The notes under the pieces: model-generated | Told to the model about the DNA's origin: nothing | What the model saw: only the letters and a program-made list of their open reading frames with translations | The model's database searches: none | Shown here: one piece after another, positions 35,082-44,275 of the stretch | Layout of the letters: each line of letters opens with the position of its first letter | Position numbering within the stretch: the stretch's first letter is position 1 | Translations under genes and position numbers: made by a program | Sequence record: MN871447.1 | Reading direction: 5' to 3' (one strand) | DNA length: 64,000 nucleotides

Positions 35082-36335
35082 TTAACGACGGAAACGGTTG
35101 CGGGAACCAAATGCACTTCGTTCTCCGAATCCGCTTCCGCGACGGTCGTAGTCACGATCATCGTAACGGTCGAGTAATGAACGAGGACGTGAACCACGAC
35201 GATCCTCATCGTAATCACGATCGTCCCGGTCGTCATGAGAAACACGACGCAGTAAGCTACCGCCCCGGCGATCATCTTCGTAACGACGATCGTTACGACT
35301 TCCGCCGATTAAACTCCGCGGTTCATCACGACGCTCATCTGTTGAACGAAGTACTTGCCGACGGCCAGAGGAAACTTCACGACGTTGTTCGCGTTCTTCA
35401 CGAATACGTTCGCGGTTTTCCGCTTTAGCCTTAGGCTTCGCCAGCTCGTCTTCGTTCGCTTCGCCTTCGTTACCTTCCAGCGGCGGAATGTCATTACGAT
35501 ACTCCGTCAGCTCCGCCATGTTCTTAACCCAATTCGTTCCGATCAACAGACCTTTCATTTCTTCAAAGTCTTCCTGGAATACTTTCGTGACCTTATTCAG
35601 ATCAAACGCCAGATTTGCAAACGCCATCATCAGCGAATGGAAATTCGGCGCGACCGATGAACGACTACCATAGCTGTATTCGTCAATCGATTTATCGAAA
35701 TTAGGGAAGATGTGACGGAGCAGGTTAAACAGCGCTGCACGGTCACGAACGCGGAAGGTGACATCGAAGATTTTCTTATCTTCGTTATTCTCCTGGTCCG
35801 CAATCGGGAAGGTGGTTACCGCCACGCGAGAATACTCTTCGCCTTTCCATACGCCGCCACGTTTGATGAATATGTTGATAAACGCGTTATCGCCTTTAAA
35901 GGTCAACTTCGACATCATCAGTTTACGGGTATCTTCAACCGTACGTTTATCGGCTTCCGGTAAGAGGCGAAGATAGTCGCGTTGCTCCGGCGTCAGTTTT
36001 GCATGGCGATCTGTGTCCGCGGCCAGTTCGGTCAGGAAACAGATCATCGTTGCCCCAACCTGATAGAGTCGGTTACAAACACAGAGCGTCAACCGTTCCA
36101 GTACTTCGGACTTTTTCCGTTGGGTGTTTTCAGATAGCGGGTGGAACGGGATAGTATTTTCCCAATCCGGATTTTTCAGCCATTCGTCGGTCGGAATAAC
36201 CAACTGACGTTTGTTCATGGTGAAAGGTGCTCTGACGCCCAATGCTTCGAAATAGACGCCGCCCTTCTCATCCACCTCAAAACCTAACGCGGTAAGAATC
36301 TCGCGATAGATCGTAGTCAACTTTTTCTTGTTCAT
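35082..36335 (-). CDS. Core protein (phiKZ gp70-like) with an Arg/Asp-rich disordered C-terminus
   Basis: Position after the PicA-like gene; tail with DDRDDRDYDEDRR. Confidence 0.7.
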   Translation of the reverse strand: MNKKKLTTIYREILTALGFEVDEKGGVYFEALGVRAPFTMNKRQLVIPTDEWLKNPDWENTIPFHPLSENTQRKKSEVLERLTLCVCNRLYQVGATMICFLTELAADTDRHAKLTPEQRDYLRLLPEADKRTVEDTRKLMMSKLTFKGDNAFINIFIKRGGVWKGEEYSRVAVTTFPIADQENNEDKKIFDVTFRVRDRAALFNLLRHIFPNFDKSIDEYSYGSRSSVAPNFHSLMMAFANLAFDLNKVTKVFQEDFEEMKGLLIGTNWVKNMAELTEYRNDIPPLEGNEGEANEDELAKPKAKAENRERIREEREQRREVSSGRRQVLRSTDERRDEPRSLIGGSRNDRRYEDDRRGGSLLRRVSHDDRDDRDYDEDRRGSRPRSLLDRYDDRDYDRRGSGFGERSAFGSRNRFRR

Positions 36336-36363
36336 TTCTTTTCCTCAAAGAGAATCTTATCGT

Positions 36364-37887
36364 TTAAAAACGGCCGTTCCCGCCCCAACTGAAACCAGTC
36401 AACGCGTCATCGATACGGTTTTCTTCCATGGAGAATTGACTGTCTGCCAATTCGGTGATCGTACTTTGCAAGTCAGTGACGATCTTAGATGCCAGATCGT
36501 AGTCATCGGTTTTCTGCGGTGAGATAAGACCATCGCAATACATCGGAATAACGTAAAGCTCTTCCGGTTGGCCGTCTAACGACAGATTGATTTTAATGTC
36601 CGTGATTGCAGAACAGTCGATCGTACAGGTAACAATCATCTGACCGTTATGGGAAACGGGTTTCGCTACTTGATACTCAATCAACTGACGAACCGCGTTC
36701 ACCGCGCCCGAGACGTTCGAACCCGGAATCAACGGACGTTCACCCCAGACCTCAACCTGCATTTCTCCGATATCGTTATCATTACTGAAAGCGATCATGG
36801 CATCAGAGATGTGGTTGGTCATCAGGATAGAAGGTACGGCTTGAGAGATGATACGAACGGCTACTGCATCAACACCTGCACCGCCGAGGTTGTTCCCACG
36901 TCCACGTTCGTAGCTTTTATAACCACGCTCTTCGACCTGTTTCGGATTGATAAACTGCGTGACGGGCTGACCACGATAAGTCTCTGGCCAATCTACCATC
37001 CGCGCTAAGTCTTCGAGGCGAATGACGCCTTCTTGATAGAAGTCGCATTCTTGCAGGAACTGCGCAAAGAGTGGGTTATCTTCTGTTTTGCTCAGGTTAA
37101 CTGCTCCTGCCGCCAGTTCCGATTTTGACATCTCTTCCCCTGCTAACGCAGAGTCGGGGTTCCAGCTCGGCTGCTCCATTGTCTCCGCCAGTACACCCGC
37201 CTTCAATACCGTCGAGATGTAATCCGCCGCATTATTCTCACGACGAGAACCCATCTTGATATCGCCCACCAAATCAGCACGGGTATCAATAATCTGATCG
37301 CCGCCAGAATGGTAACGCTGATAATCTTGGATACCTACGTCATTGAAGATATCGTGCGGACGAATTAAACGCTCGCCACGGTCACGGCGAAGACCACGTT
37401 GGCCTTCGTTACGGCCCCGACCACGGATAACGTACTCAGAGGATTCAATTCGTGGACGCAGAATACGGCCACGGCCCGTATCGAGAACGGTGTCACGGAT
37501 GATGATGGAGTTATTGATGAAGAGATCCATTTGGTCATCCAGTTCACCGCTGACCATACTGACGCCGTTATAATCGGTGAACCCGGTCAGTACCTGACGT
37601 TGGGTAGATCCCGCATAGTCAGAGATCAGGAACGTGATAATGAAACTCAAACGTTTCTCACCCCAACCCCCGGGGATATCAATAATTGAACCGCGCTTTG
37701 CAGTCATGCTGATCGCATCGTTAACGGCTGCTGATAACGAAATCGAGTTGATGTTTCTGCCGCGATCGGTTGCTTTGACAAGACGGTCTTTCACGCCATT
37801 GTCGAAATGAGTCGTGAATGAGCTACCGTATTGGTCATCGTAATTAGAAGTGGTGAAGAAGAATGCACTAATTACAGTCGGTTTCAT
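36364..37887 (-). CDS. picA: Probable phage-nucleus import factor PicA/Imp1 (phiKZ gp69-like)
   Basis: 507 aa, directly after the gp68-like gene; assigned from recalled synteny and size only. Confidence 0.6.
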   Translation of the reverse strand: MKPTVISAFFFTTSNYDDQYGSSFTTHFDNGVKDRLVKATDRGRNINSISLSAAVNDAISMTAKRGSIIDIPGGWGEKRLSFIITFLISDYAGSTQRQVLTGFTDYNGVSMVSGELDDQMDLFINNSIIIRDTVLDTGRGRILRPRIESSEYVIRGRGRNEGQRGLRRDRGERLIRPHDIFNDVGIQDYQRYHSGGDQIIDTRADLVGDIKMGSRRENNAADYISTVLKAGVLAETMEQPSWNPDSALAGEEMSKSELAAGAVNLSKTEDNPLFAQFLQECDFYQEGVIRLEDLARMVDWPETYRGQPVTQFINPKQVEERGYKSYERGRGNNLGGAGVDAVAVRIISQAVPSILMTNHISDAMIAFSNDNDIGEMQVEVWGERPLIPGSNVSGAVNAVRQLIEYQVAKPVSHNGQMIVTCTIDCSAITDIKINLSLDGQPEELYVIPMYCDGLISPQKTDDYDLASKIVTDLQSTITELADSQFSMEENRIDDALTGFSWGGNGRF

Positions 37888-37915
37888 TTACAGGTTCCTT
37901 TTCGGTAGTTTGGTA

Positions 37916-39457
37916 TTAAGGTTTAGCAATGGTAGAACGCGTCTTAATGAAGATAATGAACTCAGCCAGTAACTGTTTAAAGTTAGGCGGTACCATTAAT
38001 CCGCGATGATTATCTTCAATCATCGTACTTTCGTTTGCAATCTCAGCAACGACATCGCGTTGCCAATAGTTGTTCGCAAATTCATTATAGAAGGCGTTAA
38101 CGGCGATTTCGCCGGGAGTTTTTAGCATGGCTTTAGAGCGGGCAGACCCTAAAGTTGAATAGCGTCGATATGGATAAATTTCATTGAAGACATTCAGTTG
38201 CTCCTCTTTGATTTGTCCTGCATTGAAGATATTTTGGATTCTTTCTTTCTGCGTAGCACCAATCAAGTCCGCCAGCGCCGCGAACCCGTTTTGATAAAGA
38301 TAGACCTGCGCAATAGAGATCAGATCAATCGCTCCGCTGCGCTCCGTATGCGGAATAGAACGCGTAACAACCTGTTGATGTAACGTCACCGCTACCAACT
38401 TCAGTTGCGCTTCGTTCGGGTTGAAAAACTTCCTGGACTTATTACGCGCAATCACCGAGAAAAGTAACGCTTGGTCGTAGTCATCACCGAGAATACGACT
38501 GGCTTTCGCCCGCAGTTCTTTCGCCCAATAGTCAAACGCGATACGTTCGCCGTCAGAAATACTTTCCCTGACTTTATAACTTTCCGCCGTAGACAGGTTA
38601 TCTTCTTCCCCGCCTGAGTCTTTGACCATGGTTTTTGGTCTGACGTCATCTTTGCCGCTCCGTCCGCCGTCACTTGGAAGCTGCGTTTTGATCGCGCTCC
38701 ACATCTTACTGATCAGGTTAACGGTTTCGACTTGATCATCGTCATCATCATGACTCAACTGAATCACTGACAACCGACTCACCACGAGATACGCCAACAT
38801 CCATTCGGGAATATCCGCTGAACCGATCCCAAAGATGATATTCTTCATCCCCGGTGTCGTCCCCGAAACCACCGCATCTACGAACTCACGGAAACGTTCC
38901 ATCGCCTGTGATTCATAGATTTCAGTTCGACGTAAAAGCTGTTGCGCGTAGATCTCTTTGTTGGATTCTGCCATTGCGGATTCCAACGCCAAGAACTCAC
39001 TCCAGATCGGCACCATTGCTTTCAGAGCAATCGACATCACGGTCAGTTGACGATAATCCGGTTCCAGATACGTTTGCTCTGGACGATCATCTTCCAGCAA
39101 AGACGTTTTCAAATCTGGGGGTAAACGGATATCGCTGTAGTGACGCATCCAGTGATCGATCAAGGCTAACGGCAAGAACTGATAAAGTTCAATGATGTCC
39201 TCGTTGACCATTTTACTCGTGGTATTGAATTCGTACGCATTGTCCAGTTTATCACGAATATTACGATAAACTAAGAAGACCTTTTCCTGAATGTCTTCTT
39301 CGAGATAAGAGAAGAATCGATTAATGTCACGAAACGTTGTTTCGTTCCAGGTTAATTTCTTCATCTCCCAAAAGAGCGTGTCGTATTCCCCGTGACTCAT
39401 ACAGAGTACACGTGTTTTTGCTCGACCACCTAAACTTTCATCAAAATAAAATTGCAT
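37916..39457 (-). CDS. Non-virion RNAP promoter-specificity subunit (phiKZ gp68-like)
   Basis: 513 aa; synteny between the ChmC-like and PicA-like genes; early promoter upstream. Confidence 0.65.
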   Translation of the reverse strand: MQFYFDESLGGRAKTRVLCMSHGEYDTLFWEMKKLTWNETTFRDINRFFSYLEEDIQEKVFLVYRNIRDKLDNAYEFNTTSKMVNEDIIELYQFLPLALIDHWMRHYSDIRLPPDLKTSLLEDDRPEQTYLEPDYRQLTVMSIALKAMVPIWSEFLALESAMAESNKEIYAQQLLRRTEIYESQAMERFREFVDAVVSGTTPGMKNIIFGIGSADIPEWMLAYLVVSRLSVIQLSHDDDDDQVETVNLISKMWSAIKTQLPSDGGRSGKDDVRPKTMVKDSGGEEDNLSTAESYKVRESISDGERIAFDYWAKELRAKASRILGDDYDQALLFSVIARNKSRKFFNPNEAQLKLVAVTLHQQVVTRSIPHTERSGAIDLISIAQVYLYQNGFAALADLIGATQKERIQNIFNAGQIKEEQLNVFNEIYPYRRYSTLGSARSKAMLKTPGEIAVNAFYNEFANNYWQRDVVAEIANESTMIEDNHRGLMVPPNFKQLLAEFIIFIKTRSTIAKP

Positions 39458-39489
39458 GGTTTTTCCTCGGGTTTACGGCTATCAATAGA

Positions 39490-39498
39490 GTAATATAT
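39490..39498 (-). promoter_or_regulatory. Early promoter ATATATTAC
   Basis: Exact consensus, 33 nt upstream of the gp68-like start. Confidence 0.7.
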
Positions 39499-39551
39499 GC
39501 ACGAAAACAAATGGAACCGAGCGAGTCTCACGACTCGCTCGGGTATTCCTG

Positions 39552-40388
39552 TTACCAAGGAACGTCGTTATCAAAAGTGCCTTGCGGCGCCGCAGGTGCT
39601 GCAGGTTGAGAAGACGCTTGGTTGCCGCCACCCCAACTATTACCGCCGTTACCACCACCGGAATTGTTGTTCCAGTTCCCCCCGCCGTTACCGCCTTGAC
39701 GTTTAGCAAAGTTCTGCTGGTTCTGCTGACGGTTACGGTCTTTCGCTTCTTGAACTTCTTGGTCAGACATATAACCCGCTTTCAGAATGCTGTTAACGTG
39801 ATCCCACCAGATGTCTGCACGAGCACGGGCCGCCAGAGAGGAAACATAACCGTTAGTCAGGACTTCACCGGAAGAAAGACGCAGCTGCGTCATCTTCGGC
39901 GGAGTGAAGTAGAACTTCACGTTATCGCGCCCTTTCATCATCAGACCAATGAAAACGCCTTCCTGGTCTTTACCTACAACAACCATGACTTCGGTTTCAG
40001 GGCGATCGAGCTTTTTGCCGAACATGAAAGTAGTCATGCTTTCAAGTTTAACGATCGAAAGCGGCTGCCCATTCTCATCCAGCGCGCGACCCGAAGCAAT
40101 GTCTTCGATTGCTATTGTGATCATTCTGAACTGCGTCAACGAAGGGTAGAAATCGATTTTCCCGTCACGACCTTGTTTACGCAGGTTCACGCCCATTTTG
40201 ATATCACGGACTTTAACGTGATTACCGTCAACTTTGTGGTAACGGAAATCGACGAACAGAAACGGCTCTTTACCGTCACTGCTTTGTGTTGCGGGCGCGC
40301 TCAAACGGCAGTCCCAAGCATCCATCGCGCGAAGAGGACGTCCGAGATCAAATGTATTGTTGTTAGCCATAACTAGCCTTAATTTCAC
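39552..40388 (-). CDS. chmC: ChmC-like nucleic-acid-binding protein (phiKZ gp67-like) with a G/N/Q-rich tail
   Basis: Beta-rich N-terminal domain; Gly/Asn/Gln tail ending FDNDVPW; synteny. Confidence 0.6.
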   Translation of the reverse strand: MKLRLVMANNNTFDLGRPLRAMDAWDCRLSAPATQSSDGKEPFLFVDFRYHKVDGNHVKVRDIKMGVNLRKQGRDGKIDFYPSLTQFRMITIAIEDIASGRALDENGQPLSIVKLESMTTFMFGKKLDRPETEVMVVVGKDQEGVFIGLMMKGRDNVKFYFTPPKMTQLRLSSGEVLTNGYVSSLAARARADIWWDHVNSILKAGYMSDQEVQEAKDRNRQQNQQNFAKRQGGNGGGNWNNNSGGGNGGNSWGGGNQASSQPAAPAAPQGTFDNDVPW

Positions 40389-40440
40389 GGTTAAGAAAAG
40401 GGTATCGTATTAACTCACCCTCGCGTAAAAACTGAGACTC

Positions 40441-41286
40441 TTAGAAAAGTCTTTTTAGCATCTCAGCAGTGTAGCGGTCGTTCATCCAGTTCAGGTTGAG
40501 CCTTATTTTGTCCATCGTTGTCATCGTTGTCCATTTGAAACGTTCTGACAATTCAAGAACAGCCTCCCTCACCGGTTTGGGGTAACGCATAAAAAGAATA
40601 TTTCGGTCACCGAAGACCTGAATCGTGAACGCGTTAAACGGAATCCTCGGGTAGAGCTTTCCATCCGTCAATTTGGTGTTCCACTGACTCTTCGATTTGA
40701 TCGCACCTGAATACGATTCAATCAAACGTAATTGCGTAAACTCAGTACGGGAAAGTAAGTCAATGGAGTAATGAGTCATGATCAGAGCTTTGATGGGTTC
40801 CCCTTTTAATTGAGAGCCTTTATCAAAGTCGACATAGCGTCCGATAGGTCGACGTAAAACCTCATCGATAACATTGTCCATTAAATGACGAAACGTTTTC
40901 TGAAGCGGAGTCTTCGGGTTAAACAAAATCGCGTGACGATAGTCTCGTAACAAGTTGGCGTATTCACGGTGATATAAGGTAACTTTGTCAAGTTTCCCTT
41001 GCCCGTACTGAAGAATTTGATGGAGCTCTTCTTCGAGGGTATCGGCAAATGCTGCGACCACCACCTGATTATTACGCTGGCTTTTATCCTGCATCAGAGA
41101 CCCTACAAGCGCTTTTCTGTCTTCACCGTCTAACGCATCGTAGATGTTACGATAAAGCGTCCGTGTGTTGATCCAGAGCCCTCCGTAACGTTTGTTTGGT
41201 TCAAGGGTCTCCATAGCCAAACTGGTACCGATGCTGAGCGGTAGTTCCCCTACCGCTCTTCTCGCAAGGATGTCGTAGATATTCAT
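40441..41286 (-). CDS. Core-block hypothetical protein
   Basis: 281-aa ORF between the SbcD-like and ChmC-like genes. Confidence 0.7.
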   Translation of the reverse strand: MNIYDILARRAVGELPLSIGTSLAMETLEPNKRYGGLWINTRTLYRNIYDALDGEDRKALVGSLMQDKSQRNNQVVVAAFADTLEEELHQILQYGQGKLDKVTLYHREYANLLRDYRHAILFNPKTPLQKTFRHLMDNVIDEVLRRPIGRYVDFDKGSQLKGEPIKALIMTHYSIDLLSRTEFTQLRLIESYSGAIKSKSQWNTKLTDGKLYPRIPFNAFTIQVFGDRNILFMRYPKPVREAVLELSERFKWTTMTTMDKIRLNLNWMNDRYTAEMLKRLF

Positions 41287-41519
41287 TCTGCTCCTTGGTC
41301 GACGTTCTTACTTTTGGTCACCGAGCTTAAAATCGCATAGATGACCCGGGCCAAAATCAATGCGAACAACGCTAATGTCGCATGAGCGGGAACGTTGTAG
41401 TCATTAGGGTGAAAGAGACTGGCGAAAGAGGACATAAACCAAAATAAAAACCAAAATCCTGATGCCGCAATAATCTCCAGAATAATGTTCGTCGCCGGCT
41501 TATCCATCTTATTCCTCAA
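41283..41519 (-). CDS. Small two-TM membrane protein
   Basis: Two hydrophobic segments; coupled overlaps at both ends. Confidence 0.65.
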   Translation of the reverse strand: MRNKMDKPATNIILEIIAASGFWFLFWFMSSFASLFHPNDYNVPAHATLALFALILARVIYAILSSVTKSKNVDQGAE

Positions 41520-42630
41520 TTAATTCATTCAATAACGAAAGCGTCTTTTCAATTTTACTTGCCGGGATTTGTTCGTTCTCCCAGCGCTGTTTGAACAGAG
41601 GTTGAATACTTGACGGCGTGATAGGAGTAAACTCAAAACGTTTCTGAGTGAACGTGCTCCCCGCCACCGTTTGGGTTTTCTTCCCTCTTCTGATCTCACT
41701 GAGTTCATAATCAGGGAAAGTAGATTTAAGAATTTCCATCCACGCCGTCACCGGGTCATCGGACATAAATTCTAATCTTATCGCCGAGCCTTTCGGAAGA
41801 TCACTCTGCCTGTCGATGAGATCGATAATTTCCGGGAAATCTAAACCGATAGCAGAAAGCGTACGATATATTTTCGCCTGCTGATTAATCCGGCGTTTAA
41901 AGTCGACCTCTTTCCCGTTTAAGAACGTCAGTTCGATCACACCTTTAGGTTCTTCTTCCCCATGACCAAGTCGCTCCAATGAGCCTACAGAGACCCATTT
42001 CAGATACCGACTGTGGTTATGGATATGCCCAGAGAGAACGACCAGGGAGACAAGATCACTCCATTTCACCGCATCGTGTAACGCAGGGGAATGAATCCCA
42101 GGCAACTGATAAGTACAGCCCCCATGAACAATAGCGATATCGACTTTTTCCAGCCCGCGAGAATGAATCAAATCCTTAACCTGCTGGAGCGTTAGTTCCG
42201 CGTTATGAGTCCATTCATCGGGAAGGTAAAGTACGTTGATATCCCACGCCTCAAAATATTCGATACTCAACGTATCAACGTATTTCAGTTGCGCGTCAAT
42301 CCCCTCGCCGTCGTTGATAAAATCGAAAATCTGATTCTGTCGACGGTCATGAGAGTTGGTCCCTTCTAATACACGGAGTAAAATGTTCCATTTTTTACAA
42401 TAGCGCAAGAGATGACGAACACCTTCAATTGCGTAGTATATATCGGGCTCATTGAAACTGACCAAATGATCGAAGTAATCCCCTGACACCGTGAGGATGT
42501 CTAAATCGGGTTTTTCTTCCATCGGGTAAAGTCGCCTTAACCCCGCAAGCATTCGCGGGGATTTGGTTCGCTTATGGAAGAAGTGAATATCGCTGACAGC
42601 ACCTATTGTGAGTTTTTTGTCAGAAATCAT
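41509..42630 (-). CDS. SbcD/Mre11-like metallophosphoesterase nuclease
   Basis: SDIH, GDYFD, GTNSHD, VHG, SGHIH, GSLER. Confidence 0.88.
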   Translation of the reverse strand: MISDKKLTIGAVSDIHFFHKRTKSPRMLAGLRRLYPMEEKPDLDILTVSGDYFDHLVSFNEPDIYYAIEGVRHLLRYCKKWNILLRVLEGTNSHDRRQNQIFDFINDGEGIDAQLKYVDTLSIEYFEAWDINVLYLPDEWTHNAELTLQQVKDLIHSRGLEKVDIAIVHGGCTYQLPGIHSPALHDAVKWSDLVSLVVLSGHIHNHSRYLKWVSVGSLERLGHGEEEPKGVIELTFLNGKEVDFKRRINQQAKIYRTLSAIGLDFPEIIDLIDRQSDLPKGSAIRLEFMSDDPVTAWMEILKSTFPDYELSEIRRGKKTQTVAGSTFTQKRFEFTPITPSSIQPLFKQRWENEQIPASKIEKTLSLLNELIEE

Positions 42631-43177
42631 AATCGTCCGGTTGACTCAGTGAAGAGGGAGTTACAGGAGCAGCGTTCCCTTTACCTGTCGTTATTGTCGT
42701 TTGGCCAGGATAAGGATAACCACAGTGCATCCTGATTTCGTGGAGGTGACGTTGCCACATTTCTTTATCGGCTGTTTCAAGCGCGAGTGAGGAGTAGATT
42801 TTCTCGCTCATGGCTTCGCCCTGTTTACGCATCCGATTCATAACCGTTTTTATCTCCATCCCGATGGAAAATAACGAATTATGTTCGCCGGTGTAACGAG
42901 GTTGGAAATCGCCGAGAATAGGCGGGAAAACCCATTTAATCGTTCTATCCTCATCGAAGAGGAAAACCGGTTTATTCCGCCCAAACGCAATCAGGCGCTC
43001 CCATTCCTCTAACGCTTGTGTTTGGACAGCTGGTTCGGTGTTAAAGAAACGCGGCGCCCAATTGGCTGCAAAATCCCGCATACTGAGCTTACTGATCATC
43101 TCTGCGGAATATTGCATAACGTCGCTCAGATCCCGTTCCAGGTCTTCTCTTGTTAACTTAGGCGTTGCATCAGTCAT
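42620..43177 (-). CDS. Core-block hypothetical protein
   Basis: 185-aa ORF with coupled overlaps. Confidence 0.7.
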   Translation of the reverse strand: MTDATPKLTREDLERDLSDVMQYSAEMISKLSMRDFAANWAPRFFNTEPAVQTQALEEWERLIAFGRNKPVFLFDEDRTIKWVFPPILGDFQPRYTGEHNSLFSIGMEIKTVMNRMRKQGEAMSEKIYSSLALETADKEMWQRHLHEIRMHCGYPYPGQTTITTGKGNAAPVTPSSLSQPDDYDF

Positions 43178-43568
43178 TATTTAAAACCCCCAAAACATTT
43201 TTAATCACACCGTTGTAATATTCAATAATTCGTGAGAAGTCGTAACTTTTCCCTTCTCGCGTAAAACGCACTTTGAAGATTACACCGAAGGTATCTTTTG
43301 TCTCGTCGATTTCAGGCGTAACCAGGACTTTTACGTCGGAAAAATGCGTACTGAATAAAGTAGTGTATTGTTCCGTCATTTCCGTACAAAGGCTATTCGG
43401 GTCATCCGAGTACCTTTGTATCATCATGTCAAGGGAAATGATTTGACCGTGATACAGTTCAGACTGACTGTCCTTTGCCCAAATAGAGGAAGCGAATAAT
43501 TCATCGGCAATCACAAAAGGATTTTTCGTATAACCGTGACCGTTTAAACTGGGGTGTACAGTGGCCAT
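43170..43568 (-). CDS. Core-block protein, possibly a gp25-like baseplate wedge
   Basis: 132 aa, alpha-beta pattern; function is inference. Confidence 0.5.
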   Translation of the reverse strand: MATVHPSLNGHGYTKNPFVIADELFASSIWAKDSQSELYHGQIISLDMMIQRYSDDPNSLCTEMTEQYTTLFSTHFSDVKVLVTPEIDETKDTFGVIFKVRFTREGKSYDFSRIIEYYNGVIKNVLGVLNND

Positions 43569-43618
43569 TTTTTACTCCTAGTTATTAAGTTTGGTCTACA
43601 GAAATACAGAACAGAAAC

Positions 43619-43648
43619 AAAAAAGAAAGGGGCGAACCCCTTTCTTTT
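43619..43648. terminator. Bidirectional intrinsic terminator, identical to 16497-16526
   Basis: A6-GAAAGGGG-CGAA-CCCCTTTC-T4. Confidence 0.8.
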
Positions 43649-43654
43649 ATTATT

Positions 43655-44275
43655 TTACAGTTTCTCACCTAACGGACTGAAGGGGTCAATGCCTTCATCA
43701 ATCGCGTTATTGATCACGTCAAAGGTCGCGCAAAGTTCCATCTGCTGTTCCAACGTCAGATGTTCTTCACCCTCAACATCACAAGCGCCATAGGTGTATT
43801 CCACCCACCACTCCCCTTTACTGTTTTTCTCTGCGACTCCGTTGCGAATCGCTTTCCAGTAAGGGTCGTTTTCCGGCGTAGTCTCAAACACAAAGGCGTC
43901 GCGTTTAGAGCCCCAGCCGTGCGTACTCTGGCGATCCCAAAGTGAACGGGTTCTCGGACTACTGAGTAACCAACGCCGCATCTTCAGCGGTGCACTGGCC
44001 ACTTCCTCAGGACTGTCCAAGAACTGAATGATGTTATCACGATAGAGACCGCGTTTACTGCTGTTCAAACGCTTGAGCTGACTTCTGACTGTGTCATCAT
44101 AAAGCGATGAAATCATTGTCTTCGCCGAGTTCAGCATTCCTTTCGCCCGGTCAGACAGATTGGAACTAAAACGCTCCAGTCTATCGTAAGAGCGCTGAAT
44201 GTCCTCACGATCGGGAAGACCGAAGGCCGCTGCCCTAAAAACAGACTCACCGCCATCGATAATTGCAATTTTCAA
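43655..44275 (-). CDS. Core-block protein (phiKZ gp59-like by position)
   Basis: 206 aa, coupled to the beta-prime N-terminal gene. Confidence 0.6.
   Translation of the reverse strand: MKIAIIDGGESVFRAAAFGLPDREDIQRSYDRLERFSSNLSDRAKGMLNSAKTMISSLYDDTVRSQLKRLNSSKRGLYRDNIIQFLDSPEEVASAPLKMRRWLLSSPRTRSLWDRQSTHGWGSKRDAFVFETTPENDPYWKAIRNGVAEKNSKGEWWVEYTYGACDVEGEEHLTLEQQMELCATFDVINNAIDEGIDPFSPLGEKL

Noticed and set aside
39582-40376. 264-aa plus-strand ORF
   Set aside because: Antisense shadow of the ChmC-like gene
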